Below the pieces are notes generated by a model that saw nothing but the letters and a program-made list of their open reading frames with translations, was not told where the DNA came from and searched no databases. From Bacteroidia bacterium (GTDB lineage: Bacteria > Bacteroidota > Bacteroidia > NS11-12g > UBA955), in NCBI GenBank assembly GCA_038317095.1, contig JBBQBB010000006.1:21504-85503 (forward strand): a DNA stretch of 64,000 nucleotides, in the 5' to 3' direction. A program made the position numbers and the translations under genes. Positions 19,366 to 29,140 of this stretch are shown here, in pieces. Within the stretch, counting starts at the first letter, position 1. The number at the start of each line of letters is the position of its first letter.

Positions 19366-19749
19366 TTACTTCTTTTTTTTTGGTCTTAATATTACCGTAT
19401 CTGGCTGCTGATAGCGCACTGCTGCGCCTGAATAAATGTCTATAAACCAACCTGGCAAATTGATTAAATTTAAATATACATGGGGGTTTATGCGTTTCCT
19501 TAATTTTACATTTTCGGTGTGAAAACCGGGTTTATACACCTCCACTGTTGGCACATGTTTTCTGCTTCGCAATACTTTTACTTCGCAAGGCGTGCTATCG
19601 GCAAATTCACCGTTTATGGTAACTTCAGATGAAGGTTCAGATGAAACAATAGAAATGGTTTGGTATTTACCTGTTGCCAATAAGGCGCATCCATTGCAAA
19701 GGATGCAAAGCAGGCAAATAAACAATATTCTAAGCCATACCAACATCAT
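19366..19749 (-). CDS. PEGA-domain-like lipoprotein
   Basis: Signal peptide with a lipobox-like LCNGC. SEVTINGEFADSTPCEVKV resembles the PEGA motif. Confidence 0.45.
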   Translation of the reverse strand: MMLVWLRILFICLLCILCNGCALLATGKYQTISIVSSEPSSEVTINGEFADSTPCEVKVLRSRKHVPTVEVYKPGFHTENVKLRKRINPHVYLNLINLPGWFIDIYSGAAVRYQQPDTVILRPKKKK

Positions 19750-20898
19750 TTATGCAACCACAGGCGTTGCATACCAGGTTTTGAGTGCAGCCACCGTTTT
19801 GTCAATTTCTTCCTGTGTGTTGTATTTGCCAAAACTAAACCGAAGCGTGGTTCTATCCGTACCTGGATATATGGCATTAATTACATGGCTCCCAATGTTT
19901 GAACCACTACTACATGCGCTGCCTGAGCTTGCTGAAATGCCAGCAATATCCAAATTGAAAAGCAACATATTCCCGGCTTCATTTGGCGGCAAAGACACAC
20001 TTAAAACGGTATATAAACAATTCCCTTCTGCATCTCCATTAAATTCCACATCTGGTATTTCTCGGCAAAGTGTTTCAATCATATATTTTTTAATTTCACC
20101 AATATGGGCATGTTTTTTTTCCATATCGCGATAGCATATTTCCAAAGCATGTGCCAAGCCTATGATACCATATACATTCTCTGTACCGCCGCGCATTTCC
20201 CTTTCTTGGGATCCGCCAGTTATTTCTGGTTTTATACGATTTCTTTTGCTGATATAAATAAATCCAATGCCTTTGGGCCCATTAAATTTATGCGCTGCTG
20301 CCGCTAAAAAATCAACATATCCTTCACTCAAATCAAACGAATAATGCCCCATGGTTTGCACTGCATCGCAATGAAACAATGCACCTGCTTTGTGCACAAT
20401 TTCACCTACTTTTTTGATATCCATTAAATTCCCAATTTCATTATTGGCATGCATTAAACTCACCAGTGTTTTTGATCCAATAGATTGTAACAATTCTTGT
20501 AAATGATTCAAGTCTATATGGCCTTTTTCATCCAACTTTACCAAGTGCATTTTTACCAATCCTGCCCGAGAAAGTTCTTCCACCGTGTGCAAAACAGCAT
20601 GGTGTTCTATGGCAGAGGTGATGATATTTTCTACTCCCAAGGATTTTACGCTACTTCTAATTGCCAAATTATCTGCTTCGGTTCCACCACTTGTAAAAAA
20701 GATTTCGGAGGGTTGACAATGCAACAATTTTGCAATTTTACCCCTCGATTCTTCAAGCATGCCTTTCACTTTGCGACCATGCGCGTGCGAACTACTCGGG
20801 TTACCATAAAATTCACGCATCACGTGAATCATGTTTTCCAATACTTCGCCATCCAATGGGGTGGTTGCGGCATTGTCGAGGTATATGCGGTTATTCAT
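19750..20898 (-). CDS. cysteine desulfurase (NifS/IscS family, class V aminotransferase)
   Basis: IYLDNAATTP, the PLP Lys in AAAHKFNGPKGIG, and the catalytic Cys loop SASSGSACSSG. Confidence 0.9.
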   Translation of the reverse strand: MNNRIYLDNAATTPLDGEVLENMIHVMREFYGNPSSSHAHGRKVKGMLEESRGKIAKLLHCQPSEIFFTSGGTEADNLAIRSSVKSLGVENIITSAIEHHAVLHTVEELSRAGLVKMHLVKLDEKGHIDLNHLQELLQSIGSKTLVSLMHANNEIGNLMDIKKVGEIVHKAGALFHCDAVQTMGHYSFDLSEGYVDFLAAAAHKFNGPKGIGFIYISKRNRIKPEITGGSQEREMRGGTENVYGIIGLAHALEICYRDMEKKHAHIGEIKKYMIETLCREIPDVEFNGDAEGNCLYTVLSVSLPPNEAGNMLLFNLDIAGISASSGSACSSGSNIGSHVINAIYPGTDRTTLRFSFGKYNTQEEIDKTVAALKTWYATPVVA

Positions 20899-20901
20899 GG
20901 G

Positions 20902-21816
20902 TTATATTCTGTTGTTTATTTGCAAGTAACCTAAGATTTTATAACACATTTTTGCCATCGAAAATTCAGTAATAATATCTGTTTCTCTAGGTGCAATTTC
21001 TACAATATCAAAGCCAATTACATTTTTCCTTTCGGCCAATCTGCGAAATAATTTACAGCCTTGAATCCAGCTCAATCCGCCTGGTTCTGCAGTACCCACT
21101 GCTGGTGTTACACTGGGGTCAAAGCCATCCGCGTCTATGGTAAGGTAAACATTGTCGCTTAATTTGTCTAGGCAAGCATCAATCCATGTATCATCGTTCC
21201 ACAACATATGCGCATACCATGTGTGGATGTTATTGCTGCTTTTTATCAAATCAGATTCTTCTTTGCATTGGGCTCTGATGCCAATCTGCACCAAAGGAAC
21301 ATTCAAATCATGCACTCTTGCCATAACACTTGCATGCGAATATGGATTGTTGTTATAAGCCAATCTCAAATCACTGTGCGCATCAATTTGTATCACGGAT
21401 AGGTCGGGGTATTTTTCCAAATGCGCTTTTACAAAACCCAAAGTTACTGTATGCTCTGCACCCAATGAAACCACAAATTTTCCGGTATTTAACAGAGCCT
21501 TGGTTTGATTTTCAATGGCAGCAATTGCAGCTTCGTTTACAAGGTTGGTAAAATCCATTTCATCGATGGTGACTATTCCCAAAGATTTGTAAGTCTCTTG
21601 GTCTAGTTCTTCATCGTAGAATTCCACAAAATGACTGGCTTCAACTATTGCCCTCGGTCCTTTGTCAGAGCCGACAATATAACTGCTTGTGTGTTCGTAT
21701 GGAACCAATTGAATTGCCACTTTTGCGGTATCAAAGTTTGCAAGTTCAGGTTCAGGAAGCGCCAAAAATCCTTCGGCCGCCGGCAAAACATTTAATTTAT
21801 TTTCTGTTTGGGTCAA
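20902..21816 (-). CDS. speB: agmatinase (ureohydrolase family)
   Basis: LGAEHTVT, IQIDAHSDLR, TIDADGFDPS and GFDIVEIAP are the arginase/agmatinase Mn-binding motifs. Confidence 0.85.
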   Translation of the reverse strand: MTQTENKLNVLPAAEGFLALPEPELANFDTAKVAIQLVPYEHTSSYIVGSDKGPRAIVEASHFVEFYDEELDQETYKSLGIVTIDEMDFTNLVNEAAIAAIENQTKALLNTGKFVVSLGAEHTVTLGFVKAHLEKYPDLSVIQIDAHSDLRLAYNNNPYSHASVMARVHDLNVPLVQIGIRAQCKEESDLIKSSNNIHTWYAHMLWNDDTWIDACLDKLSDNVYLTIDADGFDPSVTPAVGTAEPGGLSWIQGCKLFRRLAERKNVIGFDIVEIAPRETDIITEFSMAKMCYKILGYLQINNRI

Positions 21817-21880
21817 AATGTATTTTTGTATTTTTTAGTTATTATGGGGCTTTTATTCACAACTCATAATTCACAATTTG

Positions 21881-22441
21881 TTATTTCACTCTTTCAACAT
21901 AACTGCCGTCGCGCGTATCAATTTTAATTTTTTCGCCAATTTCTACAAACAAAGGAACCATAACCGTTCCACCCGTTTCAACTGTAGCAGATTTTAATGT
22001 GTTTGTGGCAGTATCGCCACGCAGGCCAGGTTCTGTATAAGTTATTTCCAAGACTACATGTGAAGGGGCAGAAGCGCCAATTGGGGAGTCGCCCTCGAAA
22101 GATACCATTACAATATCCCCTTCTTTCATGAATTTGGCACCATCGCCAAACATGAATTTTGAAATTGGCAATTGGTCGTAAGTTTCATTGTTCATGCACA
22201 CAAAAGCATCGCCTTCTTCGTATAAATATTGCAATTCATGTACTTCAACACGCACAATTTCAATGGTTTCACCGCTTCTAAAGCGATTTTCAGCAATTTT
22301 TCCGTCTTTCACCCGGCGCATTTTGGCTTGGTAAAATGCACGCAAATTCCCAGGTGTGCGGTGCTGCCATTCTGTAAGTTGACAAAGTTCGCCGTTGTAT
22401 CGAATAAACATGCCGTTGGATATGTCTTGTGTGGTTGCCAT
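21881..22441 (-). CDS. efp: translation elongation factor P
   Basis: MATTQDISNGMFIRYNGELCQLTEWQHRTPGNLRAFYQAKMRRV. I chose the start at the MATTQD ATG (22441), not the track start 22453. Confidence 0.95.
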   Translation of the reverse strand: MATTQDISNGMFIRYNGELCQLTEWQHRTPGNLRAFYQAKMRRVKDGKIAENRFRSGETIEIVRVEVHELQYLYEEGDAFVCMNNETYDQLPISKFMFGDGAKFMKEGDIVMVSFEGDSPIGASAPSHVVLEITYTEPGLRGDTATNTLKSATVETGGTVMVPLFVEIGEKIKIDTRDGSYVERVK

Positions 22442-22562
22442 AAGGAAATGCAAAAATAGCGAAAAATGGGGAATCTAAGAACTGCTTCAATACATCTGCG
22501 GCAATTCATGCGGATTTCACAAATATTGTGTAAGTTTGAATATTCACATATTCCAATTTTCT

Positions 22563-23756
22563 ATGAAAAAAGTTTTTTACATTGCCATTGTCGGAATTAT
22601 ACTTTTTGAGGTAGCCAATGTTTATTTTATCATGCCTTTGCCAGGCAGTCAGCGTATGAATTCTGTCGGTTTTGCGTACATGCTTTCTTCCATGAAATGG
22701 ATCATTCGGGCAGTTTTATACGCTATGCTCATGTTGGGTTTGGTAAAAGCCCTGCGCGGAAAATGGATTTTAGCTACGGCCATGCTTGTTTTGGCTTCGG
22801 GTGTTACTTGGATGTTTAATTTTAAAATGACGGCATCTGCCATTTTTAAAGAGATGATACACAAAAATTTTGCGACGGTTGAATCAAACAAGGTGGATAC
22901 CAACAAGCTTGTCATTGCCGTTGAATTTAATGGAGATGCGCGGGCCTATCCCATCCAATATATTGCCTATCATCACCGTGTTTTTGATACTGTTGGGGGC
23001 AAAATTATTATGGTTACTTATTGCTCCGCTTGTCGCACAGGCCGGGTTATCGAACCCATTTTAAATGGCAAAAGAGAGGCTTTTCGTTTGGTGGGAATGG
23101 ACCATTTCAACGCCATGTTTGAAGATAAAACTACCCATTCATGGTGGCGCCAAGAAAATGGCGAGGCAATAGCAGGTAAATTAAAAGGTGAAAAATTGCC
23201 TGTTTTGCCCTCCGTTCAAATGAGTCTCGCCGATTGGATTAAAATATACCCGAAAGGAAAAATATTGCAAGCAGACACAATTTTTGTGAAACGGTATAAA
23301 AACTTGGAGGGATTTGACGCAGGAACGCGCAAAAGCAGCTTAGAAGGAACTGACTCTGCCAGTTGGAATGAAAAAAGTTGGGTCATAGGAATTTTGGATG
23401 AATCTAACATTTCCTTTGGAGCAAACCATGCCCGTGCATACGATTGGAATTTATTGAAGAAAAAGCGGGTAATTGGGGATACTTTTAATAATAAAAAAAT
23501 TGTGATTTGGATTTCTAAAAATGAGAAGAGTTTTTTCGCATTCTATTTACCCAGTAAAGTGGGTTCTGAAGATTCCTTTAGGATTAATACAGACAATTCA
23601 CTGCAAAACGGAGAAGCCTTTATCATTTACCCAAATGGAATGCTTGGTTGGAGACATTCGGGTAAAACGGAGCCATTAAAACCTGTAGCTGCTTATCAAG
23701 AATTTTGGCACAGTTGGCGCATCTTCCATGGAAACGCGCGTTATTTGAGAAAATAA
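22563..23756 (+). CDS. DUF3179 domain-containing membrane protein
   Basis: ARAYPIQYIAYHHRVFDTVGGKIIMVTYCSACRTG is the DUF3179 core. N-terminal TM spans are present. I chose the start at MKKVFYIAIVG. Confidence 0.7.
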   Translation: MKKVFYIAIVGIILFEVANVYFIMPLPGSQRMNSVGFAYMLSSMKWIIRAVLYAMLMLGLVKALRGKWILATAMLVLASGVTWMFNFKMTASAIFKEMIHKNFATVESNKVDTNKLVIAVEFNGDARAYPIQYIAYHHRVFDTVGGKIIMVTYCSACRTGRVIEPILNGKREAFRLVGMDHFNAMFEDKTTHSWWRQENGEAIAGKLKGEKLPVLPSVQMSLADWIKIYPKGKILQADTIFVKRYKNLEGFDAGTRKSSLEGTDSASWNEKSWVIGILDESNISFGANHARAYDWNLLKKKRVIGDTFNNKKIVIWISKNEKSFFAFYLPSKVGSEDSFRINTDNSLQNGEAFIIYPNGMLGWRHSGKTEPLKPVAAYQEFWHSWRIFHGNARYLRK

Positions 23757-23757
23757 T

Positions 23758-24747
23758 TTATTGAAAATAATACCCAGATTCTTCTATCCGATTGCCTTTT
23801 TCTAAATCGCAAACAGCGAAGTGAAAATTCTTTTGAATTGAGTAGGCGCCGTATTCTCCATTTTTGTTCACAGCTAAAATTCCAATTTGATTGTCTTTAG
23901 ACAATTCTGGCATTTTTTTCACAATTCTTTCAATTGTCATTTTGCAAGCTTCTTTAGGCGAATAACCCTGTCGCATCAATTCAACGGTAGTATGTGCACC
24001 GCAAATGCGAATCACCATTTCCCCCAATCCGGTCGCAGTTGCCGCGCCTATTTCATTGTCTACAAACAATCCCGCGCCAATGATAGGAGAATCGCCAACC
24101 CTGCCGCGGAGCTTATATGCTAGCCCACTGGTGGTGCAGCTGCCGCTGATGTTTTGTGCGCTGTCTATGGCAAGCATTCCAATGGTATCATGGTTGTTCT
24201 CATTGCCTTGTTTTTCCAGTTCCTTTTGCTTGATTTTCCACTTTTTATATTCTATACTAGCTTCTGCAGAAAGTTTATATTTTTCTAGTTTAAACCCATT
24301 TTTTAAGGCAAATTCTTGGGCACCAGAGCCTACTAGCATCACATGGGGTGTTAATTCCATTATTTTTCTGGCCACAGAAACGGGATGTTTTATTCTTTCC
24401 AGAAATGCAACCGAGCCCGCTTTCCCATTTTCATCCATAATACATGCATCTAAAGTTACATGTCCAGTGCGGTCGGGCAATGCACCAAGTCCTACGCTTA
24501 AATTGTGTGACGATTCCGTCAGATTTGCGCCTTTTTCAACCGCATCTATTGATTTTCCATTGTATTTTAAAATCTCCCAAGCTTCAGTATTGGCATCAAA
24601 TCCAAATTTCCAAGTACTTATGACAAGGGGTTTTTTCGCTTCAGGCGAAACTCCCGCTTTTAAAGTTTTTAAGCTCGATAACAGTGGAATGGTGAATGCA
24701 GAAATGCGAATAAAATTTCTGCGATTTATTTTTTTTATTTGTGTCAT
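23758..24747 (-). CDS. N4-(beta-N-acetylglucosaminyl)-L-asparaginase / isoaspartyl peptidase (Ntn hydrolase)
   Basis: The autoprocessing site HDTIGMLAID and GAGLFVDNEIGAATATGLGE. I chose the start at MTQIKKINRRNFIRISAF (Tat-like signal, ATG 24747), which avoids overlap with the next gene. Confidence 0.8.
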   Translation of the reverse strand: MTQIKKINRRNFIRISAFTIPLLSSLKTLKAGVSPEAKKPLVISTWKFGFDANTEAWEILKYNGKSIDAVEKGANLTESSHNLSVGLGALPDRTGHVTLDACIMDENGKAGSVAFLERIKHPVSVARKIMELTPHVMLVGSGAQEFALKNGFKLEKYKLSAEASIEYKKWKIKQKELEKQGNENNHDTIGMLAIDSAQNISGSCTTSGLAYKLRGRVGDSPIIGAGLFVDNEIGAATATGLGEMVIRICGAHTTVELMRQGYSPKEACKMTIERIVKKMPELSKDNQIGILAVNKNGEYGAYSIQKNFHFAVCDLEKGNRIEESGYYFQ

Positions 24748-24760
24748 TTGGGAATGAAAT

Positions 24761-25168
24761 TTAATGCTTTTTACCCTCGGGCTTTTTCGCATTTTTAGGG
24801 CTTGTTCCTTTAAGGGTAATTGTAATGTAATGCGCAACATCACGCACTTGGGCATGTGTAAGTTTGTGGCTGAAAGCTGTCATACCTTTGGCTTTAACTC
24901 CGTGTTTTATGACATGCACTATAGAATGGTAATGGTTTCCATGAATCCAGTAGTTGTCGCAAAGATTAGGGCCAAAACTTCCCTCTCCCTTCGATCCATG
25001 GCAGCCGGAACATTTGCTTTCAAAGACAATTTTTCCCGCAGAAAGTGAAAAGGAATCTATTTTATTTGGTGCAACAATTCGTGTGGGATTTTGAAATGAA
25101 AAAATAGAAAAAAGAGCAGAACAAAAGAACAATGCTGCGAATGATCTAAAAAAGAATTTGGTTTTCAT
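24761..25168 (-). CDS. c-type cytochrome (class I, mono-haem)
   Basis: Signal peptide, the CSGCHG haem-binding motif, and a distal Met in KAKGMTAF. Confidence 0.75.
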   Translation of the reverse strand: MKTKFFFRSFAALFFCSALFSIFSFQNPTRIVAPNKIDSFSLSAGKIVFESKCSGCHGSKGEGSFGPNLCDNYWIHGNHYHSIVHVIKHGVKAKGMTAFSHKLTHAQVRDVAHYITITLKGTSPKNAKKPEGKKH

Positions 25169-25204
25169 TGTGCTAAATTATTAGAAAAACGCCATACTTC
25201 AAAA

Positions 25205-25903
25205 CTATTTTAAATATTCCAATTGTATTCCATAATGACGCATGGAATATGCGATAACATTCCGTCGGTATGAGGCAGGATAAGCGCCGATTCTCCATTT
25301 TCTGGGACTAGGGAAAATACTAGCAATACCTGCTGCTTGGTTAACACTTAGCTTTTTTGCTGAAGTGCCATAATATTGTTTTGCCGCTGCCTCAACCCCA
25401 AAAAGACCATCACCCGTTTCCGCAATGTTTAAATACACCTCCATAATTCTTTGTTTGCCCCATATAAATTCTATCAATAGGGTAAACCAAGTTTCCAAGC
25501 CTTTTCGCACCCAACTTCTACTTTCCCATAAAAATACATTTTTGGCAGTTTGTTGGCTGATCGTGCTTGCACCGCGAACTGGGCCACCTCTTTGATTGCT
25601 AGAAATTGCACTTTTTATGGCTGCAAAATCAAAGCCCGAATGGGAACCAAAATGCTGGTCTTCCCCACAAATTACAGCGAGCTGCATATTGGTAGATATT
25701 TCATCCAAACTTTTCCATTCCTTTTGGATGTGAAATTCTTTTTTTTCACTGGCCATTTTGCGCGAAAACATAGTTAAAGTCCAACTGGGATTAACAAATT
25801 TAAAAAGCAAAACAAGAAAAAGAGATAGTGTAATAAAACCAATAACAATGCGAATAATCCAGCGGCGAACTAAAATAATCCAAGGCAATGCAAGCAATGA
25901 CAT
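25205..25903 (-). CDS. mtgA: monofunctional biosynthetic peptidoglycan transglycosylase
   Basis: The GT51 motifs CGEDQHFGSHSGFD, GASTISQQTAKNVFL and RIMEVYLNIAETG, with a single N-terminal TM. Confidence 0.9.
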   Translation of the reverse strand: MSLLALPWIILVRRWIIRIVIGFITLSLFLVLLFKFVNPSWTLTMFSRKMASEKKEFHIQKEWKSLDEISTNMQLAVICGEDQHFGSHSGFDFAAIKSAISSNQRGGPVRGASTISQQTAKNVFLWESRSWVRKGLETWFTLLIEFIWGKQRIMEVYLNIAETGDGLFGVEAAAKQYYGTSAKKLSVNQAAGIASIFPSPRKWRIGAYPASYRRNVIAYSMRHYGIQLEYLK

Positions 25904-25945
25904 GCAACAAATGTAACAGAAAAAAGTAAAAATAGAATATTGAAC

Positions 25946-26557
25946 TTATTTACTCAACCCTGCTTGTGAACAAAGCTGGTCGTAGGATAGTTCCCTTAAT
26001 TCTCCCTCGGTGTACTTGCCTAGGGGATTTGTAGCCAACGGTTTGGTTCCGGTTACTATCAATGCAGTTTTGGGAACTACAATCAGTCTGAATTGTATTT
26101 CAGGATTCACCTTGCCAGGGAATTTTCCAGAATTGTTCAGCACCGTAATTCCGGCTTTACCAGGGCTCACTGCTGCCGACCAATAATCCATACTACCACC
26201 TATAGCAAAGCGAAAAATGTCTTTTGGCAGCAAGCCAATTTTTTCGTCGGGCCAAATGGTGGGCTCATAACCATAAAATTTTGCATAAACCAATACGGAC
26301 GCATTTTTCAACAGTTCTTCTGAAATTGCAGGAATATCGAACTCGCAATTAAAAGTCTCTTCTCCGATAAGGTTTACGGTTTTTGACCAAATGGATTGGT
26401 TGTTAAACTCTGTATTTAACCACTCACTGCTTACAACTTGTTGTTCTTTGGCAACATTAACAGGTGTTTTTTTCTTACATGATGATACAAATACGATAGC
26501 AATTGCTATTACAATTTTTACAAAAAAACCAAAATATGGGGTTTTCGCCTGCATCAT
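25946..26557 (-). CDS. hypothetical lipoprotein
   Basis: Signal peptide ending in VSSC (lipobox-like). I recognise no domain. Confidence 0.5.
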   Translation of the reverse strand: MMQAKTPYFGFFVKIVIAIAIVFVSSCKKKTPVNVAKEQQVVSSEWLNTEFNNQSIWSKTVNLIGEETFNCEFDIPAISEELLKNASVLVYAKFYGYEPTIWPDEKIGLLPKDIFRFAIGGSMDYWSAAVSPGKAGITVLNNSGKFPGKVNPEIQFRLIVVPKTALIVTGTKPLATNPLGKYTEGELRELSYDQLCSQAGLSK

Positions 26558-26844
26558 CTGAAATTTGACTATACAAGTTTAAATGATTTTAATCAGATTT
26601 CAAAGCGTTTCTGGCGAAACTTGCAAAAAAATGACAGTGGTTGACAATTATGTATAAAAAAGCCATAAAAAAATGACCTTAACCCAAATGCCTAACCACG
26701 GCGGGGGTAGGGTTAGCAAATTGCCGCTTCTTGCCTTCGAGGCAAAAAGGCACGCAAATCACGATGCAATTGCAGTTGAAGTTTTTATAGAACAAGTGTT
26801 TTAGCCAATGCAATTGTAGATTTCTACGACATTCCTATTTATAC

Positions 26845-27855
26845 TTATTCAAACCCTTGAATCCCATTCACCGTTGTATATTTCAATACATTGTTTTTAT
26901 TGGGATAAATCCTTTTAAATGCGCTTTGAACCATTATGGTAGCCTCGTGAAAACCGCAAAGGATCAGTTTTAACTTTCCTTCGTATTGGTTGATATCTCC
27001 AACCGCATAAATACCGGGAATGTTTGTGCTGTAATCCAATGTGTTAACGTCAATCGCATTTTTTGTAATATTAAGTTCCCAATCTGCAATGGGACCAAGC
27101 TTTGGAGACAATCCAAATAGAGGCAAGAAATAATCGGTTTCCAAAACGAAATTTGGAGAATCTGTTTTCTCTAATTCTACCGAAACCAAACTATTTCTCC
27201 CATTCAAACCCACAACTTCACTGTTGGTAATTAGGTTTATTTTACCGCCGCTTGCCAAATCCATTGCTTTTTGAACACTGTCCAAGTGACCCCTGAACTC
27301 GGTTCGCCTGTGCACCATGGTTACTTTTGCGGCAACTTCTGCTAAAAAAATAGTCCAATCTAGGGCAGAATCACCCCCACCCGCGATAACAATATTTTTG
27401 TTTCGGTACTTTTCTGGATTTTTTATGATGTAATCAATGCCATTGTCTTCATAATTGGCGATATTAGAAATCGGCGGTTTCCGGGGTTCGAAACAGCCAA
27501 GGCCACCCGCAATTGCGATGTTGGGCGCGACATGCTTTGTGCCTTTGTTTGTAGTAACTGCAAATTTACCATCCTCAAGAACTTCGATTGTTTCTGCGCG
27601 TTCGCCCATTGTAAAACCAGGTTTAAAGGGCGCAATTTGTTTTAGAAGATTTGATACCAAATCACCAGCCAGTATTTTTGGAAACCCTGGTATGTCGTAA
27701 ATGGGTTTTTTGGGATAAATTTCTGTCAATTGCCCACCTGGCTCTGCCAATACGTCTATGATATGACAATGTAACTTTAAGAGACCCGCCTCAAATACGG
27801 TAAAAAGCCCAACAGGGCCAGCACCTATAATGATTATATCCGTTTCTATCATCAA
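26845..27855 (-). CDS. ferredoxin-NADP(+) reductase, thioredoxin-reductase-like type
   Basis: DIIIIGAGPVGLF (FAD GxGxxG), IAGGGDSALDW (NADPH site) and IPGIYAVGDI. It lacks the CxxC of true TrxR. Confidence 0.85.
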   Translation of the reverse strand: MMIETDIIIIGAGPVGLFTVFEAGLLKLHCHIIDVLAEPGGQLTEIYPKKPIYDIPGFPKILAGDLVSNLLKQIAPFKPGFTMGERAETIEVLEDGKFAVTTNKGTKHVAPNIAIAGGLGCFEPRKPPISNIANYEDNGIDYIIKNPEKYRNKNIVIAGGGDSALDWTIFLAEVAAKVTMVHRRTEFRGHLDSVQKAMDLASGGKINLITNSEVVGLNGRNSLVSVELEKTDSPNFVLETDYFLPLFGLSPKLGPIADWELNITKNAIDVNTLDYSTNIPGIYAVGDINQYEGKLKLILCGFHEATIMVQSAFKRIYPNKNNVLKYTTVNGIQGFE

Positions 27856-28249
27856 TTTAAAATTGCAAATTTACCATCCAATCTTTACCCTAGGGTAATA
27901 AAAATCACATTCAAACTTTGTTTCATTGAACAAACGTCATAAACAGTTAAAAACAGCGAATTTTCATTCGAATGTTAAAATACCTAAAATGGAGTAAAAT
28001 TACGTCTATGGTAACATTTTTTCAAAAGCCAAGATTATGCAGCAAATTATACCTACTAAGCATTGGGCAACATACTTATGCAACAACGAAATGGAGGAAA
28101 TGAAACAAGTGCTCTACAATACCTTGATAACCTAAAGATATGCGGTTGATATAACCAGAAAGTGACCAATTCTGATAGGAATTGGATTTTTGAAAACAAT
28201 AGGTTTTATTAGGCTATGTATGCAGTTAACAATGTCACTCATCTGGATA

Positions 28250-28589
28250 TTAGCTAACTTTTGCTTTACAAATAAGCTTTAATAAGTTCTTAATTTGTTT
28301 ATCTGGTATGTTATTCATTTCGCCTTTGGTATAGATAGCGAAAAGCATCACCCTAGTTTGTAAAATATTTACAAAAAACAAACTCAGGCACCTCCAGATT
28401 TGCCTTTGTTTATTGAAGCAATTGCCAATCGTATTTTATAAATATCGTTGCCAATTGGATTGCCTTCAGTTGGGTTTTCTTCCAGTTTCGTATAGAGCTC
28501 TGCAAACTCGGTTTTTAAAGAGGGATATTTTTTAGTAGCCTTTTAGCTTCTTTTTTAAAGTTGGCTGAAAGATCAATACTATAGTTTAT
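28250..28589 (-). pseudogene. decayed RelE/ParE-superfamily toxin gene (KGKSGGAR-type)
   Basis: The minus strand reads INYSIDLSANFKKEAKRLLKKYPSLKTEFAELYTKLEENPTEGNPIGNDIYKIRLAIASINKGKSGGA*. It resumes after a stop and a frameshift as VMLFAIYTKGEMNNIPDKQIKNLLKLI. There is no intact start. Confidence 0.6.
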
Positions 28590-28721
28590 TCAAAAATCTA
28601 TAGCGGATGTAGCTTTCAACTTGCCTTTTTTGAATAAGCTTGCCTCTTCAAGTCCCGCCTTGATGTTGTCTAAAATATCTTCTTTAGTAAGTTCCTCATC
28701 CGTTTCTATTTTCTTAACACA
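28590..28721 (-). pseudogene. antitoxin fragment (C-terminal part only)
   Basis: The minus strand reads ..KKIETDEELTKEDILDNIKAGLEEASLFKKGKLKATSAIDF*, with its stop abutting the toxin remnant. An in-frame TGA lies upstream and there is no start codon. Confidence 0.4.
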
Positions 28722-28774
28722 TCAATAAGAGCATTGTTTAGGTCTTATACGAAAAATATGTTGTATATCAATAT

Positions 28775-29112
28775 GTGCAAAAGAAAAGGGGGAGTATAGA
28801 CGTTCAAGAATCGAATCGATTGAAAGTTTGTAGCTACTTAAATAAGAGGTTAGGGACTCAAAACCAAGCTGCAGAAATATTTGAAATAAGCATTAGAAGT
28901 GTTAATAGAATTTGGGCAAATTACAAAATGTCCTATCCCACTGACGACGCCGTTCTTAAATCAGTATTTCTTGCTATTAAAGAGGCTACAAAAAAATGGA
29001 CTATGCCCATCAGAAATTGGGGAATAATCCTAAATCAATTTAACCTTATATTCGGAGACCTTAAAATGAAATCATAAAAAAGTATTTTACACACTTAATT
29101 GGATACTGTCCT
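28775..29112 (+). mobile_element. chimeric insertion-sequence remnant: an HTH fragment fused to the last ~49 aa of an IS256-family transposase, plus a putative terminal inverted repeat
   Basis: The first half of the ORF ([22 protein letters not shown]) is a transposase-type HTH. The second half ([36 protein letters not shown]) is the conserved IS256 transposase C-terminus. The downstream sequence ttttacacacttaattggatactgtcc looks like an IS256-type end. Confidence 0.6.
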
Positions 29113-29140
29113 TTCAAAATGTTGCTTTATTTAATATTCA

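Noticed and set aside
24005-24757. 250-aa plus-strand ORF
   Set aside because: It lies entirely inside, and antisense to, the glycosylasparaginase gene (HDTIG autoprocessing motif). Its Ser/Pro/Phe-rich composition is typical of antisense frames.
27481-27490. GGTTCGAA string that could mark a tRNA T-arm
   Set aside because: It lies inside the ferredoxin-NADP reductase coding sequence, with no acceptor or anticodon stem context. I found no tRNA-like cloverleaf anywhere in the window.
28775-29077. 100-aa ORF as an intact functional gene
   Set aside because: Its two halves match unrelated protein families (an HTH of one transposase type and the extreme C-terminus of an IS256 transposase). It is a fusion scar, so I annotated it as a mobile-element remnant.
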